Shown here: positions 1 through 12,100 of the stretch, piece by piece
Layout of the letters: the number at the start of each line of letters is the position of its first letter
Numbering within the stretch: position 1 is the first letter of the stretch
From: Squalus acanthias
Lineage: Eukaryota
Assembly: GCA_030390025.1 (NCBI GenBank)
Contig: CM059432.1
Coordinates: 106,270,001 to 106,334,000 of the forward strand
Direction of reading: 5' to 3'
Length of the DNA: 64,000 nt
Notes under the pieces: generated by a model
Database searches by the model: none
Seen by the model: the letters and a program-made list of their open reading frames with translations, nothing else
What the model was told of the DNA's origin: nothing
Position numbers and translations under genes: made by a program

Positions 1-14
1 TGGTGATGCATTAC

Positions 15-125
15 CTTGTTCTTTCTGTTGTCATTATATTTGATTAAGTCCAAAATAAAGGCCAATACTTCCTTGGGACACTGGTTATGGACATCCCGCA
101 GCAATGCCATAGCAACAGGCATAGT
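15..125 (-). CDS. TAF2: TAF2 exon 18 (111 nt)
   Basis: [43 protein letters not shown] / GTAATG. Confidence 0.96.
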
Positions 126-3100
126 CTGTGAAATAGGTAAAATGCTTTGGTTAACTTTCATAAGTATATATTTTTCTAAAATCTGACGAATTACTAGCCT
201 TCGGAAACAATTTACTGCTATAGTCATGAGTTATAATTCACTGTGCAATTTCATTTTTTTTTTAATATAAAGAGAATGAGGAATGTGCTTCGAAAAATGA
301 AATTAACTTTAAAGCTACAAAAAACTGCCATAGAGTGGGCTTGACTTAGTATATCCCGTAACAATTTCCATATCAGTTAGTGATATGAAGGAGGGTATTC
401 TTCAGAGAAAAGAAAGAAACTGCATTTATCTAGCACTTTTCACGTCCGCAGTTCCACAATGAATTACTTTTGAAGTGTAGTCACTCTTATGTAGGCAAAC
501 AGAGCAGCCAAATTGCACAAAAACAGAAAATCCACTACTCTTCTTCAAATAGTGTCTTGGGATCTTCATGCCACCTGAACAGGAATAAGGTGCCTTGGTT
601 TAACGCATCACCCATAAACTAGCATCTCCAACAATGCAGCACATCCTCAGTATGGCACTGAAGTGACAGCCTTGATTATGTGCTCAAGTTGGAGTGGGGC
701 TTGATCCCACAACCTTGACTCAGAAGCAAAACATGCTACCATTGAGCCAAGCTGACACTTTTGTTTAGGTTGGCTTTCTCCATATGGAAGGAAGCAGGGG
801 AGAAAGGAAAGATGAAAAATATACCAAGGAAAATCATTGCGTTGTTCCATTGCTTCTAGAAGCTAATTCTGGATTAGAATTGGCAAAGACTAGGAGCAGA
901 TTGACCGCCGACTGTCCCGGCCACACGATGGCAAACGGTGGCCAAAGGAGCAACAAAGTTTTAAAGCTTTTTTTAAAAAAAAATTGGTGTTAAAAGTTTT
1001 TCCACAGTACAATGAAAAATAGTACTGCGCTGGAAGAACAGCCAAAACTAAGCTTTTATCCAAAATACAGTAGAACTTACTATAACTGATAGTCTAAGAC
1101 AGAATTTGACAGACAGAAAGATGAGATGTCCACAGACAAAGACTTCACCATGGTGTAGAGATTCACGTATCTCTGGTAAACAGGATCGAGTGCAAACCAA
1201 TGTGGTGGGTATATTGTGTTTAATCGGAGTTTAGGACAGAATATAACACACTAGTAATACAGCAAAAACATACGACCGTGACAAGTAGCTGGTACCGGAC
1301 CCGATCGGACAGATGGCTGGCATGCGTGAACAGTTCTCTGACTTGCAGCTTCTCTTCCTTTTGTCGAGAACTGGTGAGCATGGGATCACTCTCGAAAGAG
1401 CGCTCAACCAGCCCAACCTTTGCTTAGCTCTCCCCTCCACCGTCTGAGTGGGCAAGCCCTCAGGGTCTTACTTTTATTCTCTTTTTAGGGGTGGGCCTGA
1501 GGCCAAATTATTGCCAAGACCATTTAACCAATAGAGGTTCCCCTAAAACCTCATTACCCAATGGGGCATCAAGTTCTTCGTCTCGATTCTTGGATGAAAG
1601 CCCTCCCCTAAAGTTGTCTCATGATCTCATCCAATTTATCTATCTTGTTTTTTACATTTTGAAGGTTCCTCCATTGGAATTTGTCTTATCTCTCCTTGTC
1701 CCCATCCTTCCTGTTACAATTGGTACTAGGCCTGGCCTTGTACCCCTTCAATCAAGAGGCCCAAGCCAGAGCTGTCCCACTTCAGCCAGTCGTTATCTCA
1801 CTTTATTCTATGTCTTTCAACTAATTAACTTTTATTTATCTTCGCAAGCAGTTCGCTAAACAAACTACAAATTCTACCTGTAGAGATTATAATATGGTTA
1901 TTAGTAATAATGGAAGAAACATAGGTTGGGCCTTCATTAGCCAAATTAAAGATACATTAACAAAGTCAAAACCTTAACTTACAACCAACAGATATAACAG
2001 GCAAGGCCATCCTGTGGGCCCGTGTGGAATATTTAAGCCTCATCTGAAGACATTTTGTCTCAAATTCTAATACGAACCTCCAGGAAAACGAAACTTATTC
2101 ATTAACCCCTTACTTGTCTCGAGCAGAAACATACAATTATTTAAACACAGTATTATTCATGTAGCCATATACATTTTTAGGCACCCCTAGTTTCTAACAA
2201 TGGAATGTTATTATGCTTTATTTAATGAGAAGTGTCCCTGCTAATGCTTCACTAACTGAACTTGGGTGCCTCAATTTCTTTCACAATAGTGGCAATATTA
2301 TGAAAAATTTTACCTTCTGTAGAAAGTAGCTTTGAAAGTTCATGAAATTGTTGGTCTTAACAATATTTGAACAACTCTTGCAGCAAAACATTCGAGTAAA
2401 GAGTGACTTCATGGCTGGAGGACCTGTCCAAGTGTTTACCATGGCATTTGCAATCTGAAGGAACAATTCCAGACACAATGTACTGTTCAAGTTAATGTAC
2501 TTTTCAAGTTTAGAGATAACATGTATGAGATATACACAACTGGCTAATAAGAATGCAACACATCTGTTTCTGAAAACCAGATTGACTGTCTCCGAATGAT
2601 GGATTTGTCTGTATGGTGGAATTCTGCCTCTGTTGAAGACAGCCATTGCTTTGATTTGCATTCTTGTGATGTGTTAGCCTGGCAAACCTGTGGAATTCAT
2701 CTGTTAGTAGTTCTAGATCGGCAAGGTATTGAAGGAAAGTGCCAGAGATGGAGATCAACTACACTTGATGATTTATCAGATCATATTGTTGGCCCATACT
2801 CAGTTCTGTTGAACACCTAAATTGTGCAGTACCAGATATACTGCTTGATGTCTGAATCAGTTGATTTGCCAAGTACTGTATCGGGCGGGGTCCAATCCTC
2901 CTTTGGTCAAAATCCCTGTGAGGTCGGCACCTCATCCGAACAAGGAGGTGGTCAGTAAAGTAACAAAATACAAAAAAAAATTCACAGACCAAGAGACTAA
3001 AAATACTTTTTGACTGTGAAATGACCAAAGAATGCAATAAACAACAATTTCAACTACTTTCTTGATGTGGGAGACAGCAGAAAGGTGTGCTGCCAATGAT

Positions 3101-6100
3101 GGAAACAAAATGATCTGTACAAGCAGTTTTAGTGCAGCAGGAGGACAAAGTCACCTGAATCATGCAAGACATGCACAGTAGCCCCAGGCAATATTTCTCC
3201 TTTCCTGCCAACTGTGGATGATACAAATATTCTATTTTCTTGTGGAAATTACAAAGAAGAGTTTGATTTGTTTAAAAAAATTGGGAAATGAGTATTCAGC
3301 ATCAAGTTAATCAAAATAGATCATACAGAATTCAACAATATTGTTTTCAGAAATATCACCATAAATAATCATAGAATTAAACATACTATAGCATTCCTAG
3401 TGTGAAAAAGAAAAATAACTTGGATGTATATAATGCCTTTCACAGACTCAGGACATGTCAAAGCACTTCACAGGTAATGTGGTACTTTTGAAGTGTAGTC
3501 AGTTATAATGCAGAGAAACTTGTCAACCAATTCGCACACAATAGGGTTCCACAAACAGCAATGAGATTAATGGCCAGATAATGTTTTAGTGACATTGGTT
3601 GATCGATAAATATTGGCCAGGACACTGGGAGAGCTCCCCAACTCTTCTTCGAAAAGTGCCATGGAATCTTTTACATCCATTTGAGGGGGCAGATGGTTTA
3701 ATGTCTTCTTCAAAAGACAGCACCGCTGACTGTGCAGCACTCCCTGTGCTTCACAGCCCTGAAGCATTAGCTTAGATTATGTGCTCAAGTCTCTGCAGTG
3801 GGGTTTGAACCCACGGCCTTCTGACTCAGGGGCGAGTGCACTACCACTGAGTCACAGCTGACAGTAAAACACGCATTAAAAAACTAACTGATTATTAGGC
3901 CACCAGGGAAATTAAACCAGTTGCATAATACCCTGAACCTAGTCTACTAGAGCTTCTGGAAAAAAGCAATGGGGTAAATCCTACACACTGTTCAGGTTCC
4001 AGCAAGCCTCTCATTAAATCATACCACTCAATCATACAATTATAGAATTCCTTCACAGTTCACCTTTGCTAGGCGGAAGCAGGCATGCATTCTGACTTTG
4101 TAAAAACATTGTTCTTGTTCCAGGATATCTGTTAGTGCTAGCCGAGATGCTGGAGTAGGAAATTTCTCTAAAGCATGAATTGATTCTTCCTGTGCAACCA
4201 CATCCCTCTCGTAGCGGAGCTGGTACTGCCACATGAAATCAGCCTGCTCAAATTCCACCTTTCTCAAAACAGACATGTCTGGATCTATCCTTATCCACAG
4301 TAATGGGGAATCAGCACTATAAAAACATAAATTAAATATTTATTTTAATATAATTTACTCAGCTATAAGAAAAATGACAAAATTGGTTAAAGGATTTTCC
4401 CAAACAACAAAAGATGCGAGTAAAAGTTAGCATTTTCAATGAATGAAAAAGACCTACTCCATTGCAGAAAGATCCATGTCCACTTCTTCCCCATTCAACA
4501 GCGGGATCTTCTTTTTCTTATTTCTGAATGGGGAGAATAATGACTTCGACTTAAAATAATGAACAGATCAGTGCTACGAAGTCATTGTAAATTATATACT
4601 TTAAAAACATTTTCCTTTCAAACATGCTCCATGTTTCATACTCTCAAATACAATGATTTTTATTTGCCAAGATCTGTCAATATGATTTTAAAATCCGATT
4701 AGGATTGCTGTTGTAGCTGTGTAGACCTCTTGGTGATAATTAACTGCAACATGCCACAGTTTAAAATGACTGAGGACTGCAGTACCATTTGTTAATCATA
4801 TAAAATAATTCAAGATCATAATTTTTAATTTTGTTTGACAATGCATAAGAGAATAAAAATACTGGGACACTGTCCTACTAGGAGTTCGACTTAACACAGG
4901 ACCTATTTTGGTCATGTAGTCTTTCTCCCAACTTGAAACCTGGAATTCTCTCCTCCAAAATGATGCAGATGCTGGGACAATTGAAGCTTTCAAGGCAGAG
5001 ATCGATAGATTTTGAAATAACAACAGAAAATGCTGGAAACACTCAGCAGGCCAGGCAGCATCCTTGGAGAGAGAAACTTTACTTTTTCCAGTTCTGACAA
5101 AGGGTCACAGACCTGAAATGTTAACTCTGTTTCTCTCTGCACGGATGCTGCCTGGCATGCTGAGTGTTTCCAGCATTTTCTGTTGTTATTTCAGATTTCC
5201 AGCATCCGCAGTATTTTGCTATCGATAGATTTTTGTTAGGCAACTGTATTAAGGGATATGAAGCTATGGCGGGTAAATCGAATTCAAGAACAAATCAGCC
5301 ATAATCTATTTGAATGGCAAGGGGCTGAATTTCTTGTTATTGCGCAACATCTACGGAAAATGTAAATATCTATGTGTTTACTGGTCACTGAAAGAATCTA
5401 CAGCAAGATACAAAATCTTGAAATCAAGCACGGTTACTGACTGAATTATGAGCTGACGCGAACAGTGCAAGCCTTCATCAACCATGAGAACAACATTTTC
5501 ATGTTTATGACTTCATTAAGATGTAAATCCAATAAAACTTCAAATTTTTAGTCTTACTTTTACAAGCCGTTAAAATCCATTAACATACACATTTGAAATG
5601 ACTAGTAAGATGATACCATAAAAGATAAACGTATTTCTTTATGCGCTGACAAGAGGAGGAAATTCAAAGGCATTCAAATGCAATGTGGCCGTACATACAA
5701 CAGCGATGGAACGAACCATGCCAAATAACTGAATAATGCCAAACTCTTACAGGGATAATGTCCCGGTATTCACTATTCAGAAGGCAAATTATTCACCTGC
5801 ATGTGAGGAAGAATGTTCATTAAATATTCATGAATGTTATTGTGACAGCACCACAATTGTTCTTCCACATTGGTTAGTGAAATAAAATAAAAATATACAT
5901 GCAAGAACATAATATTCAGAGCTCTGTGACTTAAACATTCTGAATGACCAGCTTACTTTAGAGCTTAGTATTCCCACCCCCAGTGTAATGGCCTTGCAAC
6001 AAGGGAATATTCGTTAAAGGAGGATACTGGGCAGAGAATTTTCAGTAGAGTGTTCTCTATTCTCTTTACCTAACCCTGACTACGATTTCAGGAGCATCTT

Positions 6101-9100
6101 GTCTTGTTTGTCAATTGTTATTGTTAAGAAAACAACGCATAAGTTCAATTTAAAAAAAAATAATTTTAAAGTTTATAAAAAAAAATAAGAATGATTGCTT
6201 CCCACACCCAAGCCTTAAATATGCAAAAGGATGTATAATAAAATGCAAAAGGATGTATAATAAAATGTTGGAGAGATTTTACTCCCAAAAACACAAATAT
6301 CAGTGCATAATCTTTCATTTATTCCAGAGTGCAAAAGGTAATTCACTGGAGAAAAACTGAAAACACCTCATAACTCATGGCAGTGAATTAGTCTGATTCA
6401 AAAAAATAATCAGCTTGTGGAACAAACAGAAAGCCACACCACTGACCATGTTACTGATATTCCTGCACGTGCAAAAAGACAGTCCTAATCCACTTAGTTA
6501 AGAATATTTCCACATTCATGAAAGAACTTTCACAATGCATTACTAGTGCAATGGTACAACTTCTTAGAAAGTGGCCAAATTTTGATGGCCTCTTTCCTGA
6601 AACTGGAAAAGAAAAAAAGAGTTAAGTAGGTGTCCATCAATTTTAACTCTACTTTGGTTGGGATAAACGTATTGAAATCTTATCTTCCAAGACATCAGCA
6701 CCTACCGTCTACTCTTGGAATGGCAGGGAATATCATGCTTTAAGCTGTTTTCTTCAATTTGTAGAGTGTGGTTAAATGATCCATCTAGTTCCTGGACTGT
6801 CACTTTAAGTGGTCCCTGTAGGATAAGTTATAATAATTTAAAAAAACATGCACAAATAAAGAAGACTTGAGGATAATACTTTCAATGTGAAACAGTGCCC
6901 TCATAAAATTAAATAAAGCAATGGTTTTTAAATTTCCCTGCCTTGTGAAGATGTTCCAAATATGCAGTTTCATGGGACAGCCTGCTGGACCCACTATGCT
7001 TTGTTCTCTGAGAAAACAGCCATCAAACTTCATGTATAATAGATCCGTCAGTACTGTTTTAATTGGGAACATGCATCATTTATTCTTCTGGATGCCAAGC
7101 TGGGCTCCACATAATTCAAAGTTCAGGACTGAACTTTTCAATCACAAATACAAAAGCTTCTCTGTCTCAGGGGATAGGCTATTGACAAACATTCACTAAG
7201 TCCACTGACTCCTACAGCTACCTGGACTACACTGCCTCCCACCCCGCTTCCTGTAAGGACTCTATTCCATTCTCCCAGTTACTCCGTTTCCGCCGCATCT
7301 GCTCTGACGATGCCACCTTCCATACTAGTGCTTCTGACACGTCTTCCTTTTTCCTCAACCGAGGATTCCCCTCTACCGTGGTTGACACGGCCCTTGACTG
7401 TGTCCGTTCTATTTCCCGCACTTCTGCTCTCACCCCTTCCCCTCCCACCCGGAACCACGATAGGGTTCCCCTTGTCCTCACCGTTCACCGCACCAGCCTC
7501 CACGTTCAACGGATCCTCCTCCGTCATTTCCACCATGATCCCACCACCAAACACATCTTCCCACCACCAAACACATCTTCCCCTCAATTCCCCTTTCAGC
7601 ATTCCGAAGGGACCACTCCCTCCGCGACACCCTGGTCCACTCCTCTATCACCTCCAACACCCCTCCCCCTGGCACCTTCCCATGCAAGCGCAGGAGATGC
7701 AACTCTTGCCCTTTTACCTCCTCCCTTCCCACTGTCCAGGGCCCCAAACACTCCTTCCAGGTGAAACAGCAATTTACTTGTACTTCTGACAATTTAGTAT
7801 ACTGTATTCGCTGCTCACGATGCGGTCTCCTCTACATTGGGGAGACCAAACGCAGATTGGGTGACCGCTTTGCGGAACACCTCCGTTCAGTCCATAAGGG
7901 TGACCGAGCTTCCGGTCGCCTGTCACTTTAATTCTCCGCTCCACTCCCACTCTGACCTCTCCGTCCTCGGCCTCTTACACTGTTCCAATGAAGCTCAACG
8001 TAAGCTCGAGGAACAGCACCTCATCTTTCGATTAGGCACTTTACAGCCTTCTGGACTCAACATCGAGTTCAACAATTTCAGACCATAACCTCTGCCCCTA
8101 TCATTTTTTTTCCTCTCTCACATGGCATCTGTTACACTTCATCTAGAGTCATCTTTTGTTTCTTAACTTGTCCCATTATCATCTCCTTTTACCTTGCACC
8201 ATCATCCCTTTTGTCTCTTAATCTCGCCTGTCTTCCATCCTATCACAGACCTTCCCTTTTGTTCTTTCCTCCCCTCCCCCCGCCCCTACACTTGCTTAAA
8301 AACCTGTTACATCTCCAACTTTTTCCAGTTCTGACGAAGGGTCATCGACTTGAAATGTTAACTGTGTAATGAGAAAGTGTTAATCAATAATCTTGTGGTA
8401 AAGGGGCCTTTAGGGACAAGTGATCATAATATGATTGAATTTTACATTAAGTTTGAGAATGATGTAGTCCAATCTGAAACTAAGGTCTTCAATCTAAACA
8501 GAGGAAACTACAAGGGCACGAGGGACAAGTTGGCCATGGTAGATTGGGAGACTACACTAAAAGGTATGAAGGTGGACATACAATGGCTAACATTCAAGGA
8601 AATAATGCATAATTTGCAACAAACATATATTCCTCTCGGGCATAAAAACCCAAAAGGAAAAGTGATCCAACCATGGCTAACAAAAGAAATTAAAGCTAGT
8701 ATTAAGTCAAATTATTGGAATCTATTATAAAGGATGCAATAACTGGGCACTTAGAAACTGATAGTAAGATTGGGCAGAGTCAACATGGATTTATGAAAGG
8801 GAAATCCTGTTTGACAAACCTATTGGAGTTCTTTGAGGATGTAACTAGTGGAGTAGACAAAGGGGAACCGGTAGATGTGGTGTAACTGGATTTTCAGAAG
8901 GCCTTCGATAAGGTCCCACACAAGAGGTTGGTAAACAAAATTAGGGCACATGGAATTGGGGGTAATATACTAGCATGGATTGAGAATTGGTTAACAGACA
9001 GAAAACAAAGAGTAGGGATAAACGGGTCTTTTTCAGGCTGGCAGGCTGTGACTAGTGGGGTACCGCAAGGATCGGTGCTTGGGCCCCAGCTATTCACAAT

Positions 9101-12100
9101 CTATATCAATGATTTGGATGAGGGGACTAAATGTAACATTTCCAAATTTGCTGAGGATACAAAGCTAGGTGGCAGTGTCAGTTGCGAAGAGGATGTGAAG
9201 AGGCTTCAAGGGGATCTCGACAGGCTCTGAGTGGGCAAGAACATGGCAGATGGAATATAATGCGGATAAATGTGAAGTTATCCACTTTTGTAGAAAAAAC
9301 AGAAAGGCAGAGTATTTCCTAAATGGTGAAAGGTTGGGGAATGCAGATGCTCAAAGGGACCTGGGTGTCCTTGTACATGAGTCACTGAAAGTGAATGTGC
9401 AGGTGCAGCAAGGGGAAATTAAAATAATTAAAATAATTTAAACTGCAGATCGAGAGCGCACCTACTTTTTACGTGTATCCCCCTCTCAAATCTATGTGCA
9501 TTTTATTGTTATTGAGGGGAAGGCAAATAGTATGCTGGCCTTCATTACAAAAGGATTTGAGTACAGGAGTAAAGAAGTCTTACTCCAATTATATAGGGCT
9601 TTGGTGAGACCACACCTGCAGTACTGTGTACAATTTTGGTCTCCTTACCTAAGGAAGGATATACTTGCCATAGAGGGGGTGCAACGAAGGTTCACGAGAT
9701 TGATTCCTGGGATGGCGGGACTGTCGTATGAGAAGCGATTGAGTAAACTAGGCCTGTATTCTCTTGAATTCAGAAGAATGAGAGGGGATCTCATTGAAGC
9801 ATACAAAATTATTACAGGGCTTGATAGGATGGTGCTGGGAGAATGTTTCCCTTCGCTGGGGAGTCTAGAACCAGGGGCCACAGCCTCAAGATAAAGGGTA
9901 GGCCATTCAGGACTGAGATGAGAAGAAATTTCTTCACAGAGGGTGGTGAATCTTTGGAATTCTCTACCCCAGAGGGCTGTGAAGGCTCAGTCATTGGGTA
10001 TATTCAAAACAGAAGTCGATAATTTTCTGACTAGTCAGGGCATCAAGGGATATGGCGATAGGGCCGGTGAATGGAGTTGCGGCAGAAGATCAGCCATGAT
10101 CTCATTGAATGGCGGAGCAGGCTCAAAAGGCCGAATGGCCTACTCCTATTTCTTATGTTCTCTCTCTACAGATGCTGCCTGACCAGCTGAGTATTTCCAG
10201 CATTTTCTGTTTTTATTTTCAATCAAAGTTTAGTTTAGTTGGTCCTTACCACATATTTCTGGGTTCCCAAAGAAGTGTAATCTTGCTTCAGTTCCAACTC
10301 CAAGATGTTTCTTTTCCTATTAAATGCGAAGCTGCCGAAGAACTTCACTACACCACTCTGGTCACTACAGCATATAATTAAGGTTTTTTCATGGATTGAA
10401 CATTGTAACTGAATTTGACTATTTTTATTTGAAAACAAGAAAATCTGCAGTAGTTTAAAATACAATACCTACTTCTGAATTGATGGCATAGGTTTTACAA
10501 TTCTCAAAAATTCAGTAGAGCTGAGGGGAGAACCGTGGGTTTGTATTTTGTGGAAGTATCTGGAACAAATGAAATGATTTGTATACTGAAAGGGTAACAT
10601 TAAGGACAATCATGCTGTGCAGAACCAAAGTTCTGATTATAAATGAACATTAAATTTTGCAGAAGTAATGAGAAAGAAAGTCTCAAAGGATACACCCACT
10701 GCTTTATTAAAGGTTGAATATCTTTTCCAGACACATTTGAAATTGATTTTAAAAATCCAGTTGTTGAAAGCAGCATCTGGCTCCACATGTGTGACTGAAA
10801 CTTCTGCGATGAAGCAGTGCTGGCCAAACTCAACAGTTTGTTGAAGACCTAAAGTAGTGAACAAACATTGTTGAACATCAATACATTGCTCTGCAACTAC
10901 AAAATTTATAGCATTTGGAAGCTATAAGTTTTAGTCGATGAATGCCTACAGCTCATTTACCCCAATAGAGGTTTCTACAGACATGTTAGTTTTCTCTTAT
11001 AAAAAAAAAGCATTGAACCGGAAATTACTCCAATGGAATATCAGCAGATAAAAACACACTCTTCTGAAATTCCTTTTTCTGCTATTTTAGTAGAGGTCTT
11101 AACTCCTAATATGTAAAACAGTAGAGGGGGGAATTTCGGACCAACACATTAAGCATTCATTTGTTAGTATCCTACAGTGCAATTTCAAGGCCGTGATTAC
11201 AGTACTTAGCAGATAAAATGAGTACAATCCAAGAATTTACAATTGGTGCCTTATTTTTTTGCTGATTGAAGTCTTTAGGGCAACTTTGGTTGGGCGGGGG
11301 AGGGGGGGGGCTGTCGGGGGAAAGAAGGTCCAATTTGCAATGGACTTTAAGCTACTTGTTTGTAGGGTCTCCCCATCATGTCTACGGATGCTGGGGTTCA
11401 ATGTGGGAAAGTGTGAGGCCATCTACTTTGGATCTGAGACAGACAAATCAGAATATTTACTTAATGGTGGAGACTAGGAGCTTCGGAGGAGCAAAGGGAT
11501 TTTGTGTGTCCATGTGCACAAATCTCAGGAAATATATTGGCATTGGAAGGAGTGCAGTGCAGATTCACTTATGAGGACAGGTAGCATAAACCTGGCTTGT
11601 ATTCCCTTGAATTTAGAAGGTTTGAGGGGTGATCTGAAGTCAAGGCATTTAAAATGATTAAGGTATTCAACAGGGTAGATAGAGAGAAACTATTTCCTCT
11701 GGTGAGGGAATCCAGAGCAAGAGGGAATAATCTTAAAATTAGAGCTCGGCTATTCAAGAGTGAAATCTAGATTTACTTTTTCCACACAAAGGAAATCTGG
11801 AATTCTCTCCCTCAAGGCTGTATTTTCAAGACTAAGATTAATACATTTTTGATAGGCAAGGGTATGAAAGGATATAAAGCAACAGTGGGCAAATGCAGTT
11901 CAGGTATAGATTAGCCATGATTAAATTGAATGGCGGAACAAGCTCGAGGGGCTGAATGGTCGACTCCTGTTCCTTAATTATGCTCCGCTGGAATTTAAGT
12001 TTCTAAACTAACACAGGACTGCATGCATGCTAAAAAGCAGAAGCAGCATGCTGTAGACAGAGCAAAGCGATCCCACAATCAACGGATCAGATCAAAGCTC

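Noticed and set aside
2560..2945. Coding-like stretch upstream of exon 17
   Set aside because: No frame gave a recognisable protein and TAF2 needs no exon here; possibly an old repeat, left unassigned.
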